64,000 nucleotides of DNA, taken from positions 153,795-217,794 of the forward strand of contig CADAJP010000001.1 in the NCBI GenBank assembly GCA_902788345.1. Direction: 5' to 3'. How positions within the stretch are numbered: the first letter of the stretch is position 1; each line of letters begins with the position of its first letter. The stretch comes from an uncultured bacterium. GTDB lineage: Bacteria; Cyanobacteriota; Vampirovibrionia; Gastranaerophilales; Gastranaerophilaceae. A program made the translations under genes and the position numbers. Of the stretch, positions 53,490-63,525 are shown piece by piece. The notes beneath the pieces are model-generated. The model was given only the letters and a program-made list of their open reading frames with translations. It had not been told where the DNA came from and did no database searches.

Positions 53490-55010
53490 ATGGGAATGGC
53501 AGCATCACAAGGCAGATTGTTATTTATGACAGCCAGAATTTCAAACAACGAGTTTGAACAGCAGGCTGTTGCATATTCAAAGCAGCGTCTTGCTGATGAT
53601 TCACAAGAGGCTAATGACCAATACCTAGAAGCTTTACAACAGACAGAATATCAGGTATTGACAGGTTATTACGGTGATACGGCTCAATATGAAGCTGTTT
53701 CTTATAATATTTTAACCGGATTTAATAATGTAGCCCAAAGCAAACAGTACATTATCTCTGATAATAGAGGAAGAATTATTGTTCCTTCAGCTATTGCTCA
53801 GGCTTTTGAAAACTCAAAACATAACTACAATTTGTTTTTAGAAACAGTTGAAAGCAGTCAGGGTAATCATTTTACTCAAGTATCAGAAGAAAACATTACA
53901 GAAGGCATGGTTCATGATGCTTGGGATAAATACCTTTCATCAATAAATAGAGGTGATGTTAACGGTATCTATGCAGATGATGTTACCTCAGCTAATAAAC
54001 TAAGACATATTGTCGGATTTTCTTATAATGAAGTTGCAAGCGGTGATTCTGCAACAGATTATGTTACATATAATACTTCTTTTATCGGAAGCGGTGCAAA
54101 AAGAGTTTATCTGAATAAGGATAAGGATAATAACTACTACTATAATAACTATAAAGTTGAGGTTGAATCTTATATTGATGCAAACGGATTAACCCAGTAT
54201 GCCGCATATTTCCAGGCAACAGAAGAACCACAGGAAAATTCTGAAAAATGGTATCTTAATGAAATACAGGTTGAAGCAAGCGGAAATGACTTTATATTTA
54301 AAGACAGCAATGGTAAAAGAATTCAGGAAGATTCAAACGGGAATATTTACATTGAAAAACAAGACTTTAACTTAAATAATACGGTTAATGTTGTTAATAA
54401 TGCAACAACTAACAGAGGTACTGCTTCTGCGACTACCGAGAAAAATGTATTGTTCTATGAGGGCGGTACACCGGAACAAAGACAACTTTATGACTATGCA
54501 ATGGCATTAAACAAAAAATATGCCACACAATATAAGCCAAATTCGACAAAATTAACATATGATGCTGACAAGGTACAGTATTATAAAAATATCTTTAATG
54601 AAATGACCACAAAAGGTTATACAACATATGATGATATGATTAAAGATAAGTATATAAATACTGAAGCAGAATCTGAAACTACACCATTTGCAAGTAATGA
54701 ATGGCTTGTAAGATACGTAAAACAGGGCAAGTTTGTAATCTCGTTCTACAGTAAAAATGATGAAAGCTTTATTAAAACGACACTTGATGATGATGAGTCT
54801 ATTGTAAATAAAGAAGATAAATCAAAAATGGCTATTGCTGAACAGATTTATCAAACTCATATGGATAAAATTGAAGCAGAAGATAAAAGATTTGATATGG
54901 AGCTTACAAAACTTGAATCAGAACACTCGGCACTTGTTACCGAATATGATTCTGTTGCAAAAGTTATATCAAAGAATGTTGAAAAATCTTTTGGAATTTT
55001 CAACGCATAA
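53490..55010 (+). CDS. Unknown-family protein with conserved helical termini and an N/Y/T-rich variable centre (paralogue at 63526)
   Basis: N-terminus MGMAASQGRLLFMTARISNNEFEQQAVAYSKQRLADDSQEANDQYLEAL. C-terminus EDKRFDMELTKLESEHSALVTEYDSVAKVISKNVEKSFGIFNA. No signal peptide. Confidence 0.65.
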   Translation: MGMAASQGRLLFMTARISNNEFEQQAVAYSKQRLADDSQEANDQYLEALQQTEYQVLTGYYGDTAQYEAVSYNILTGFNNVAQSKQYIISDNRGRIIVPSAIAQAFENSKHNYNLFLETVESSQGNHFTQVSEENITEGMVHDAWDKYLSSINRGDVNGIYADDVTSANKLRHIVGFSYNEVASGDSATDYVTYNTSFIGSGAKRVYLNKDKDNNYYYNNYKVEVESYIDANGLTQYAAYFQATEEPQENSEKWYLNEIQVEASGNDFIFKDSNGKRIQEDSNGNIYIEKQDFNLNNTVNVVNNATTNRGTASATTEKNVLFYEGGTPEQRQLYDYAMALNKKYATQYKPNSTKLTYDADKVQYYKNIFNEMTTKGYTTYDDMIKDKYINTEAESETTPFASNEWLVRYVKQGKFVISFYSKNDESFIKTTLDDDESIVNKEDKSKMAIAEQIYQTHMDKIEAEDKRFDMELTKLESEHSALVTEYDSVAKVISKNVEKSFGIFNA

Positions 55011-55053
55011 AGTTTTTTATTCCCGAAATGACATTTTATATTTTTCCCCTTTG

Positions 55054-55082
55054 CCGCTCAATCTTGAAGCGGTTTTTCTTTT
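55054..55082 (+). terminator. Terminator
   Basis: CCGCTCAAtcTTGAAGCGG followed by tttttctttt. Confidence 0.6.
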
Positions 55083-55139
55083 CTTAACATAATTGACATA
55101 TATGATATAATTGACTTGTAGGTTAATGGGGAAACTTAG

Positions 55140-55847
55140 ATGAATATTTTGGTTACAGGTGCTTCAAAAGGTATAGGCAGAGTTATAGCACAAGAATTGA
55201 AATCAATCGGGAATGTTTATGCAACAGCAAGAAATGAACAGGCTTTAAAAGAACTTAAACCTGCAGGATATTTTTTGTGTGAACTGAGTGATGAATATGA
55301 ACTCTCAAAACTTGGCGATTATATATGCGAGAATAAAATTGATGTTCTTGTAAATAATGCAGGTGAATACACTTATACTCCCGTTGATGAAACCAAAATT
55401 AATAAACTAAATCACATTTTGGCTGTTAACCTAAGAGCTCCTATATATTTGGCTTCAAGAGCCGTTCCATATATGAAAACCCAAAAATTTGGCAGAATCA
55501 TCAATATTGGTTCTATTTCAGGTGTTATGGGTGAAGCAAATGCATCTCACTATGCGGCTACTAAATCAGGACTGATTGGCTTTGCTAAATCCACAGGTTT
55601 AGAGCTTGCACAATATGGTATTACCGTTAATACAATTAATCCGGGCTGGGTTGATACTGATTTAGGCCATGCATCAATCGAAATGAGTGATTTTCTAAAA
55701 GAAGAAATTCTTGATACAGTCCCTCAAAAACGATTTGTTGAACCTATTGAAGTTGCAGGGCTGGTAAAATACCTTATTTCAGACAGAGCTAAAGGTATTA
55801 CAGGACAATCAATTAATGTCTGCGCAGGTTTAAGTGTCGGAATTTAA
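55140..55847 (+). CDS. Short-chain dehydrogenase/reductase (FabG-like)
   Basis: VTGASKGIGR, NNAG and the YAATKSG (YxxxK) catalytic motif. Confidence 0.85.
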   Translation: MNILVTGASKGIGRVIAQELKSIGNVYATARNEQALKELKPAGYFLCELSDEYELSKLGDYICENKIDVLVNNAGEYTYTPVDETKINKLNHILAVNLRAPIYLASRAVPYMKTQKFGRIINIGSISGVMGEANASHYAATKSGLIGFAKSTGLELAQYGITVNTINPGWVDTDLGHASIEMSDFLKEEILDTVPQKRFVEPIEVAGLVKYLISDRAKGITGQSINVCAGLSVGI

Positions 55848-55855
55848 TTGTTTTA

Positions 55856-56518
55856 TTAGTCTTTTAAACCGTTATCTACAATAACTTTTGCAAGTATTCC
55901 GTTTATAAACGAAGTGCTGTCGTCTGTTGAATATTTTTTTGCAAGCTCCAGTGCTTCATCAACAACAACCTTCATTGGAGTTTCTTTTATAAAGAGTAAT
56001 TCTGACAATGCGATGCGTAAAATATCTTTATCCATCTTGACAAGACGGTCAAAATCCCATCCTTTTGAATATTTTTTGATATTTTCATCAATTTCTGAAT
56101 AGTTATCTCTGTATGCCTGAGCGATTTTAAGTGCATAAGTTTTTACTTCTTCCTGAGAATCAAGAGCACAAAACTCAGCAATTTCAAGACCAAGCAATGC
56201 TTTATCAGCAACATCAATAATTTCATCTATTTGAGTTTTCATATCAGCTGTCATAACCATAGGTACAGGTATGTTTGATGAACCTAAAGGACGATTCAAA
56301 TTTATATCATGTTCTGCTTCATAGTCATCAATCCTGTTTTTCATATCTGTTAAAACGCCAAGTGATGTCTTTAGTTCTTCAGTTGAGTTATTTATAAGTA
56401 TTCTTATAGATTTTATAATTATATCTTCCATATTTTCTTTTGAATAGGAAGCGATTTTATTATCAAACTGTGAAAATAATATAAATGCTAATTCTCTTGA
56501 TGCTCTGCGTGCCTGCAT
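55856..56518 (-). CDS. nusB: Transcription antitermination factor NusB (long form with a central insertion)
   Basis: ATG 56518 is preceded by AAGAGGTG. The N-terminus is MQARRASRELAFILFSQ and the C-terminus is FINGILAKV. Confidence 0.75.
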   Translation of the reverse strand: MQARRASRELAFILFSQFDNKIASYSKENMEDIIIKSIRILINNSTEELKTSLGVLTDMKNRIDDYEAEHDINLNRPLGSSNIPVPMVMTADMKTQIDEIIDVADKALLGLEIAEFCALDSQEEVKTYALKIAQAYRDNYSEIDENIKKYSKGWDFDRLVKMDKDILRIALSELLFIKETPMKVVVDEALELAKKYSTDDSTSFINGILAKVIVDNGLKD

Positions 56519-56683
56519 ATTCACCTCTTTTTCAATAAATGTATAACAATTTGAATATATCATAAAAAAATATTGATGTAAATGAATATTGTATTGTTCA
56601 CTTATTGCAAGTTCAGGGTTTTATGCTATAATTGTCCTTGGCATTTAAAATGCTGATATTACTTAGTAAGAAAGGAATTTATT

Positions 56684-56821
56684 ATGGACAAATGGGTATG
56701 TAGTGTTTGCGGTTATGTTTATGATCCTGCGGAAAATGATGGTGTCGCATTTGAAGATTTACCGGCAGATTGGACTTGTCCTTTATGCGGGGTTGGGAAA
56801 GATCAGTTTGAAAAACAATAA
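56684..56821 (+). CDS. Rubredoxin (45 aa); too short for the ORF track
   Basis: [45 protein letters not shown] has both CxxCG knuckles. Confidence 0.9.
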   Translation: MDKWVCSVCGYVYDPAENDGVAFEDLPADWTCPLCGVGKDQFEKQ

Positions 56822-56829
56822 CTTAATCT

Positions 56830-56858
56830 GATGCACTCAAACAGGGTGCATCTTTTTT
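56830..56858 (+). terminator. Terminator after rubredoxin
   Basis: GATGCACtcaaacaggGTGCATCtttttt. Confidence 0.8.
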
Positions 56859-56935
56859 GTTTATAAATTGTTAAGCGTTTGACAGTATGTATTATTAGCT
56901 GTATCATTGATATAATAGCTGACTTGGGAAGATTT

Positions 56936-59900
56936 ATGTACATAAAGAAGTTAGAGATAGATAATTTCAAATCATTTGCCAATAAAACGGATATACCCCT
57001 ATTGGAAGGTTTTACCACGGTTTCCGGCCCTAACGGTTCGGGTAAAAGTAACATTATTGACAGTGTTATGTTTGCTCTTGGGCTTCGTTCCGGCAGTGCT
57101 TTGCGTATTGAAAACCTTTCAGACTTTATAACAACCTTTAACAACAAAAATGAAGCAACCGTAAAGGTTACTTTCGGCGGAGTTAAAGATTTAGGCGAAA
57201 TATCAGTAACAAGAAGAATAAGAAAAAATTCCCAAGGATATGCAAGTACATATTACCTTAATGATAAAGTTGATACCCTTACAAATATCAAGTCAGTTTT
57301 AGAGGAATATAATATTACCCCAAACAGCTATAATGTCATTATGCAGGGTGACGTAAACAGTATTATATCCTGCTCATCAAAAGTCAGAAGGGGTATCATT
57401 GATGAAATTGCAGGTGTTGCTGATTTTGACAGAAGAATTGATTTGGCAAAATCCGATTTGGAAAAAGTTCAGCAGCGTGTTGATTCTGCTTCTTTGATTT
57501 TGTCAGAGGTTGCATTGCAGCTTGAACAATTAAAAGAAGAAAGAGAAGTCGCACTAAAATACAAAAAATTAAAAGATGAAAAATCTGTTCTTGAAGCCCA
57601 GATAGGTACTGTTAAATTCTTTGATTTAAAGCGTAACCTTGAACTTGCCCATGAAAATATTTTAAAAGCTAATAAAGAATTAAAAGAAAAAGAACTGAAT
57701 AAGAAGGATTTAGAAGAAAGAATTAAACTTATTCAGGCAAAATATGACGAATTAAACGCTAAACTTCAGGAGCAAGGCGAAGAAGAACGCAAAAAACTAA
57801 AAGATAAGCAAAGTGACCTTGTTTCTCAAATTCAGACTAAAGAGCATGCTATTGATTTTGCCCAAACTCAATATCAAAGGGGTTTACAATCTATTGAAAA
57901 TGCTAAAAACGGAATTGAACAATGTAATAAAAAAATTGAAGATGAAAGACTAAATATAAAACTTTCTCATGATAAAATCGGCATTATCGAAACTCAGTTA
58001 AAAGAGAAAAAAGATGAACTTGCCAAAAAACTTAAAGAACAAGCAGGTTTAAGTGATACAGCCGATAAGTATATTACAGAAAGAAGCGAAACATCAAAAG
58101 TTTTAGATGAATATAAAGATAAGGATAATGAACTTTTAAAGGACTCCCTGACTAAAGAAAATGAATTAAACAATTTGAAAAATACGGTTGAAGAAGCCAA
58201 AACATTTATTGAAACTGCAAATAAAGATAAAGAAACATTTGAAGATAAAAAGTCTTTAAAAGAATTAGAAGTTTCTAATTTAAAGAAAGAAATGGATGAG
58301 TTGAAAGAAATTCAGACTACTTCAATGCATAAACTTGATGATACAAAAACTCTTGTTGAACAATCTGATTTTGATTTAAGAGCTGCGGAAAGACGTTTTA
58401 ATCAAATGGAAGCGCAAAAAAGTGCAATGTCTTCATCAGGAACAACATTACCGATTACAACAGTAATGGATGCACATTTTGAGGGTGTGCATGCACCTAT
58501 TATGCAGTTGGGAAAAGTTGATGAAGAATATTCACTTGCTCTTAATATTGCATTTGGCGGCAGGCTGACCAATATTGTTGTTGACGACACTCATGCGGCT
58601 TATGTTGCGATGGAGCACTTGAATGCAACCCACTCGGGCAGAGCAACATTTATACCTTTGAATAAAATTAAACCTGCGCCTTCGCGCCTGCAACTGCCTA
58701 AAGGCAAGGGAGTAATTGATTTTGCAATAAATCTTGTTGATTTTGATGATAAATATATTGACGCATTTTATAATGCTGTCGGTGAAACTTTAATTGTTGA
58801 AGATATTGATGCTGCTGAACCATTGATTGGCAAATACAGAATGGTTACATTAGACGGCAAATTGTATGAAAAATCAGCGGTAATTACCGGCGGATACATG
58901 AAAAAATCAATGATTGGTTTTGGTATGAACGAGGATAAAGAACTTGCAAATGCCAAGAAAAAAGTTGATGAATTACAAAAACAATATAATGATGCAGTTG
59001 CAAAGAAAAAAGAACTTGAAGAAAAACTTGATAAAATAAGAGTTTCTTATTCAAATGCTTCAACGGAATATTCAAAAGCTAAAATTGAATATAACAATAT
59101 GATTTCGCAGTACACTAACAGTCAGGGTTTATTGGATGAAAAGCAGAATATAATTAATGAAAATGAACCTAAAATTGAAAAATTAAATGTTGAATTAGAT
59201 AAAATTGAATCAAAAAGAATTGAATATGCTTCAGTTATTCAGGCAAAACAAGACCGATTAAAAGAGCTTGATGAACTTTTGGGTGATAAAAATCTTAAGG
59301 AATTAAAGGAAAAAACTCAGGGGATAGAGGATGAAATCCGCACTCTAAATGATAAAAAATTAAATGTTAACAATGAAATAAACGGTTTTGAAGCAACTAT
59401 TAAATTTAATGAGCAAATAATATTATCTAAAAAAGAAGATATAAAAAATACCGAAACTAACAATGTTAATTTACAAAACGACCAAAAAACTTACAAAGAG
59501 GAGATTGAAGTTCTAAAAGAAACTCAAAAAGCTCTTGACGAAAAAATTGCAGTTATTGATGAAAAAATCGGTACTTTATTAAATGAAAAAGAAGAAATAA
59601 ATAATAGTCTTATTCAGCTTAAAACGGATTCAAATGTTATGCTTAGTGATATTGAACGTGTAAATGAGCAGATTGAATCATTTAAAGCTCGCAGAAGAGA
59701 GCTTGAACCTCAACTAAAAGAGGCACAGCAGCTTTTAACTGACGGCGGTATTGATATTGAAAAACTTGAACCTGTTGAAATTTCCGAAGAAGAACTTAAT
59801 TCCAAAATTCAAAGACTTGATAAGCGTATGCAGGAGTTAGGTGACGTTAATATGCGTGCAATTACTTCTTTTGAGGAAAAATCAAAACGAAAAGAAGAAA

Positions 59901-60445
59901 TTGAAACCCAAATACAGACTCTTACGGTTGAAAAATCAGCAATACTTGAAAAAATGTCCGGCTTTGAGCAGCAGAAAAAAGAAACATTTATGACTACATA
60001 TACAGCTATAAATGAGAACTTTAAAGATATTTATCATCAATTATCAGAAGGGGAAGGCAGATTAATACTTGAAAATGAAAAAGATCCGCTTTCAGCCGGA
60101 ATGACAATTGAAGCAAAACCAAGAGATAAAACTACAAACAATAAGTTAGGTGCTCTTTCAGGGGGAGAAAAGGCACTTACGGCATTGGCACTGGTATTTT
60201 CAATTCAAAAATACCTGCCTGCTCCTTTCTATGCGCTTGATGAGGTCGATGCAAATCTTGACACGATGAATGTTGAACGTATCGCAGACATGATTAAAAA
60301 GCAGTCTTCTGATACTCAGTTTATTGTTGTAAGTCACAGACGACCTATGATTGAAGCTGCAAGCAGAACTATCGGTGTTACTCAAAAAGAAAAAGGTAAA
60401 ACAAAAGTTACGGGTGTAAAACTTAGAGATGACAATGAACAATAA
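56936..60445 (+). CDS. smc: Chromosome partition protein Smc
   Basis: MYIKKLEIDNFKSF...GPNGSGKSNIID, long coiled coils, a hinge, LSGGEKALTALALVFS and YALDEVDANLD. ATG 56936 is preferred over the track start 56879. Confidence 0.95.
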   Translation: MYIKKLEIDNFKSFANKTDIPLLEGFTTVSGPNGSGKSNIIDSVMFALGLRSGSALRIENLSDFITTFNNKNEATVKVTFGGVKDLGEISVTRRIRKNSQGYASTYYLNDKVDTLTNIKSVLEEYNITPNSYNVIMQGDVNSIISCSSKVRRGIIDEIAGVADFDRRIDLAKSDLEKVQQRVDSASLILSEVALQLEQLKEEREVALKYKKLKDEKSVLEAQIGTVKFFDLKRNLELAHENILKANKELKEKELNKKDLEERIKLIQAKYDELNAKLQEQGEEERKKLKDKQSDLVSQIQTKEHAIDFAQTQYQRGLQSIENAKNGIEQCNKKIEDERLNIKLSHDKIGIIETQLKEKKDELAKKLKEQAGLSDTADKYITERSETSKVLDEYKDKDNELLKDSLTKENELNNLKNTVEEAKTFIETANKDKETFEDKKSLKELEVSNLKKEMDELKEIQTTSMHKLDDTKTLVEQSDFDLRAAERRFNQMEAQKSAMSSSGTTLPITTVMDAHFEGVHAPIMQLGKVDEEYSLALNIAFGGRLTNIVVDDTHAAYVAMEHLNATHSGRATFIPLNKIKPAPSRLQLPKGKGVIDFAINLVDFDDKYIDAFYNAVGETLIVEDIDAAEPLIGKYRMVTLDGKLYEKSAVITGGYMKKSMIGFGMNEDKELANAKKKVDELQKQYNDAVAKKKELEEKLDKIRVSYSNASTEYSKAKIEYNNMISQYTNSQGLLDEKQNIINENEPKIEKLNVELDKIESKRIEYASVIQAKQDRLKELDELLGDKNLKELKEKTQGIEDEIRTLNDKKLNVNNEINGFEATIKFNEQIILSKKEDIKNTETNNVNLQNDQKTYKEEIEVLKETQKALDEKIAVIDEKIGTLLNEKEEINNSLIQLKTDSNVMLSDIERVNEQIESFKARRRELEPQLKEAQQLLTDGGIDIEKLEPVEISEEELNSKIQRLDKRMQELGDVNMRAITSFEEKSKRKEEIETQIQTLTVEKSAILEKMSGFEQQKKETFMTTYTAINENFKDIYHQLSEGEGRLILENEKDPLSAGMTIEAKPRDKTTNNKLGALSGGEKALTALALVFSIQKYLPAPFYALDEVDANLDTMNVERIADMIKKQSSDTQFIVVSHRRPMIEAASRTIGVTQKEKGKTKVTGVKLRDDNEQ

Positions 60446-61241
60446 TCTTATTAATTCAAAAGACTTAAATTCACAATTATATGAAGGGTACGATCAATCA
60501 TCAGACGGTATTGGTATTCTTGTTGAAATGGCAAAATCAGGAAAGATTGATCCCTGGAACATTGATATTGTGGATGTTACAGAGAAATATTTTCAAAAAA
60601 TGTTTGAAATGAACTCTCTAAATCTTAAAGTCGCGAGCAGAACACTTTTATTTGCGGCGATTTTATGCAGAATGCAGTCAAATGTTCTTGCAGGATTAAC
60701 TATTGATGAATTTAAAGATGAAGAACCGGAAATTATATATGACGATGATGGTTTTATTGCTGATTATGGTGATGAGGACCAGCCGTTTGTTCCGACAAGT
60801 AATGTTGTAAAATGGGATGAAGCCCTACAAAGAAGAACAAGTATAAGACTTAACAGAAACAGAGTTGTTACCTTAAAAGACCTCATTAAACAACTTGAAT
60901 TTTATGAAATACTTGAAAAACGTGCATCTTTAAAAAATGCACATGAAAGGGCAAAACGCCATGTGAGAAACTACTCAAGGTTAACACCGGAAGAAATTGT
61001 TTCAATGGCACATGAGGAATATATTGAAGAAGCTGTTATAAAATTAAAAGACAATTTGGAACAAATATTTTCGAACAATGATAGAATTGAGCTTAATGAT
61101 TTGCTTCCGCTTGGTTTGGATAAAATTAGTGCATATTTAGCATTATTATTTATCAGCAGAGATACTGATTATGAGCTTGAACAAGAAGAATTTTATTCGG
61201 ATTTATATATTGTAAGGGGTGGAAGTCATGCAACAGCTTAA
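60429..61241 (+). CDS. scpA: Segregation and condensation protein A
   Basis: GKIDPWNIDIVDVTEKY and LLFAAILCRMQS. Overlaps the smc stop. Confidence 0.85.
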   Translation: MTMNNNLINSKDLNSQLYEGYDQSSDGIGILVEMAKSGKIDPWNIDIVDVTEKYFQKMFEMNSLNLKVASRTLLFAAILCRMQSNVLAGLTIDEFKDEEPEIIYDDDGFIADYGDEDQPFVPTSNVVKWDEALQRRTSIRLNRNRVVTLKDLIKQLEFYEILEKRASLKNAHERAKRHVRNYSRLTPEEIVSMAHEEYIEEAVIKLKDNLEQIFSNNDRIELNDLLPLGLDKISAYLALLFISRDTDYELEQEEFYSDLYIVRGGSHATA

Positions 61242-61743
61242 ATCAAGGATTGAAGCAGTATTGTTTGTTACGGCAAAAGCACTTTCGCTAAATGAAATTG
61301 CAGCTTATGTTGCGGCTGAACCTGAAGAAGTGGAAGAAGCCGTGCTTGATTTAATTATGGATTATGCTTCAAGGGATGGAGCATTAGAAATTGATGACGA
61401 AGACGGTTATATTTTGCAAGTAAAAGAAGACTATTCCGATATTGTTGAAAAAATTTGTCCGATTGACCTTTCTCCTGCGGTGTTGCGTACATTGTCAGTT
61501 ATTGCAATAAAAAAATCTATAAGGCAGTCTGAATTAGTAAAATTGCGTTCAAATGCCTATGAACATGTTGCAGAGCTTGTAGAAAAAGGACTGGTTTCCA
61601 AAAGCAAAGATAAAAATGGCAGGAGCATTAATCTTAAAACTACTGCTAAATTTAGGGAATATTTCAAATTAAAAGGTGACTTAAATGCCCTTGCAAAACA
61701 GCTTGAAAATGGGATAGATATTGATGAAAAAAAGGATAATTAA
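61219..61743 (+). CDS. scpB: Segregation and condensation protein B
   Basis: IEAVLFVTAKALSLNEIA, LRTLSVIAIKKSIRQSEL and GRSINLKTT. Confidence 0.85.
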   Translation: MEVMQQLKSRIEAVLFVTAKALSLNEIAAYVAAEPEEVEEAVLDLIMDYASRDGALEIDDEDGYILQVKEDYSDIVEKICPIDLSPAVLRTLSVIAIKKSIRQSELVKLRSNAYEHVAELVEKGLVSKSKDKNGRSINLKTTAKFREYFKLKGDLNALAKQLENGIDIDEKKDN

Positions 61744-63043
61744 TTTAATTCTTATATTTGTTTTGATTGTATTAGGAGGGATACTGCTTTGGCGTTATAC
61801 TCCTATTTGTGCCAATTATTACTACAATAAAGGCAAACTTTTATATGATGCAGGCAACTACAATGAAGCGGTTTCTATGTTTGAGCAGGCTACAAATATA
61901 AACCCTGATAATGCTGCTTATACTCATTTTTATGTTGCCAGTCTTACCAAGGTTGAGCCGACATATTTTGTTCAGGAAAAATTATATAACATTTCTCGCT
62001 CAAACGCTGAATATAGCGCTAAAAGTCTTGCAAAATCGTATGTATCTAACTTGAGAAATGAGTTTCTTGAAGGTTTAGAAGATAATTATATAGTGCGTGC
62101 TGTCGCAACAAGTGAAATTATTCATTGGAATTTAGAAGATTTTCCTATAAAAGTTTATATTCAAAAAAATGACAGTATTCCTGATTATTATTGTAAAATG
62201 GTTCGTTCAGCATTAAAAGAGTGGGAAAAAAGATCAGGTTTTATATCATTTTCAGAGGTTAAATCAGAAAGTGAAAGTAACATATCTGTAGTTTTTAAAG
62301 ATACGCCCAAAGGTAATTGTGATAAAAACGGATGTCCTTATGTTGTTGCCACAACAGAGCATAATGTTAGTAATAAAAATGTTTTAGAAAAAATGGTAAT
62401 TTCTTTCTTTAAAACAAATCCGTATGGAGATGATTTTTTATCGAATGAAATTTATCATACCGCGCTGCATGAATTAGGTCATGCGCTGGGTATAATGGGG
62501 CATAGTGACAGTTCATCGGATATTATGTACTCAAACAACTACAAAATTTATGATTTATTTGCAGCTTACAGACCTAAACTGATGGATATTTCTCAAAGAG
62601 ATATAAATACGCTAACATTGTTATACAAGATTTATCCGACAATAACAAATTCTAAAATTAAAAATAAAGAAAAATATATTTACGGACCAATTGTAATTGG
62701 TAATGATGATAGTGTTTTGCAGGCAAAATTAATTGAACTAAAAAAATATATAAATAAATATCCTCAAATTTCTGCCGGTTATATCAATATATCCGCAATA
62801 TATGAACAACTCGGAGAATACGAAGAAGCTGTTGAGAACTTAAAGAAAGCTTATGAATTTGCCAAAACTCCGGATGAATATTTCTTGATTGAATATAACT
62901 ATGCAATTATATCTTTTAATTCGCAAAAATTTGAACAGGCTAAAGAGCATGTCCAAAAAGCATTATCATACAGAGAAGATAAAGATGTTAGAAAGCTTCT
63001 TGAGGATATTGATAAAATCATGTCAGAAATTGATAAGCATTAA
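61721..63043 (+). CDS. Membrane-anchored TPR plus matrixin-like (metzincin) zinc metalloprotease
   Basis: N-terminal TM helix. HTALHELGHALGIMGH matches HExxHxxGxxH, with a downstream DIMY Met-turn. TPR units flank the catalytic domain. Confidence 0.75.
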   Translation: MMKKRIINLILIFVLIVLGGILLWRYTPICANYYYNKGKLLYDAGNYNEAVSMFEQATNINPDNAAYTHFYVASLTKVEPTYFVQEKLYNISRSNAEYSAKSLAKSYVSNLRNEFLEGLEDNYIVRAVATSEIIHWNLEDFPIKVYIQKNDSIPDYYCKMVRSALKEWEKRSGFISFSEVKSESESNISVVFKDTPKGNCDKNGCPYVVATTEHNVSNKNVLEKMVISFFKTNPYGDDFLSNEIYHTALHELGHALGIMGHSDSSSDIMYSNNYKIYDLFAAYRPKLMDISQRDINTLTLLYKIYPTITNSKIKNKEKYIYGPIVIGNDDSVLQAKLIELKKYINKYPQISAGYINISAIYEQLGEYEEAVENLKKAYEFAKTPDEYFLIEYNYAIISFNSQKFEQAKEHVQKALSYREDKDVRKLLEDIDKIMSEIDKH

Positions 63044-63044
63044 A

Positions 63045-63066
63045 AAACCCCTTACTAAAGGGGTTT
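63045..63066. terminator. Hairpin terminator
   Basis: AAACCCCTTactaAAGGGGTTT. Confidence 0.7.
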
Positions 63067-63134
63067 ATACAATTCCTAATTCCTTCTTAAAATTAAATCC
63101 TTTTCCTTATCCATATATTCCAACGAAACTTGTT

Positions 63135-63311
63135 TTAAGCAATAAAGTTAGTTCCAAATCTGTTTGCTCCTTGGAAAAATGACTGTTTCATCATTTCAGT
63201 TAAAGTCTTTCTGACTTTTCTTTTGTCATTCAAATTAACTTCGCTTATTGCTATAGATGTATCTTTATATGTATTTGTAACCGCATCAGAAAATAACAAC
63301 ATAGTTGCCAT
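63135..63311 (-). CDS. Small ORF (58 aa), hypothetical; too short for the ORF track
   Basis: ATG 63311..63309 is preceded by AGAGAGGA. Sequence is MATMLLFSDAVTNTYKDTSIAISEVNLNDKRKVRKTLTEMMKQSFFQGANRFGTNFIA. Promoter motif copy E lies upstream. Confidence 0.4.
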   Translation of the reverse strand: MATMLLFSDAVTNTYKDTSIAISEVNLNDKRKVRKTLTEMMKQSFFQGANRFGTNFIA

Positions 63312-63370
63312 ACTTAAATCCTCTCTTCTTTAAATACTTAATTAAACGTTCTCTTTTTCTTTATTTAACT

Positions 63371-63415
63371 CTTACATATATATAAAAACTCCACTTAAAA
63401 AAATATTGACTTTTT
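63371..63415 (-). promoter_or_regulatory. Copy E of the recurrent promoter-like motif
   Basis: Minus strand reads aaaaagTCAATA-tttttttaagtggag-TTTTTATATATATGTAAG. Confidence 0.5.
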
Positions 63416-63468
63416 ATATTCAATTTATATAAATTTTGTTACATTACTTTACATTAACTCTAAAAAAC

Positions 63469-63498
63469 TAAAGAATAATTGCATTTGTGCCGTCATAA
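63469..63498 (+). promoter_or_regulatory. Second sigma-28-like promoter
   Basis: TAAA (63469-72), 16 nt, then GCCGTCATAA (63489-98). The upstream CTCTAAAAAACTAAAG is shared with locus 53404-53420. Confidence 0.5.
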
Positions 63499-63525
63499 AG
63501 AATATCAGATAATAAAGGAATAATT

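Noticed and set aside
53490-55010. Calling this protein a flagellin or hook-associated protein
   Set aside because: The sigma-28-like promoter and the conserved-termini layout are suggestive. However, none of the flagellin, FlgK, FlgL or rod/hook N-terminal signatures is present. It is kept as an unknown family.
55089-55115. Direct repeat ATAATTGAC x2 (18-nt period) upstream of the SDR gene as an operator
   Set aside because: It is short and AT-rich, and it overlaps plausible -35/-10 hexamers (TTGACA, TATAAT). It is more simply promoter sequence, and no regulator is adjacent.
56803-57147. 114-aa minus-strand ORF
   Set aside because: It overlaps the rubredoxin terminator and the conserved N-terminus of Smc on the opposite strand. 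It has no motifs and no ribosome-binding site.
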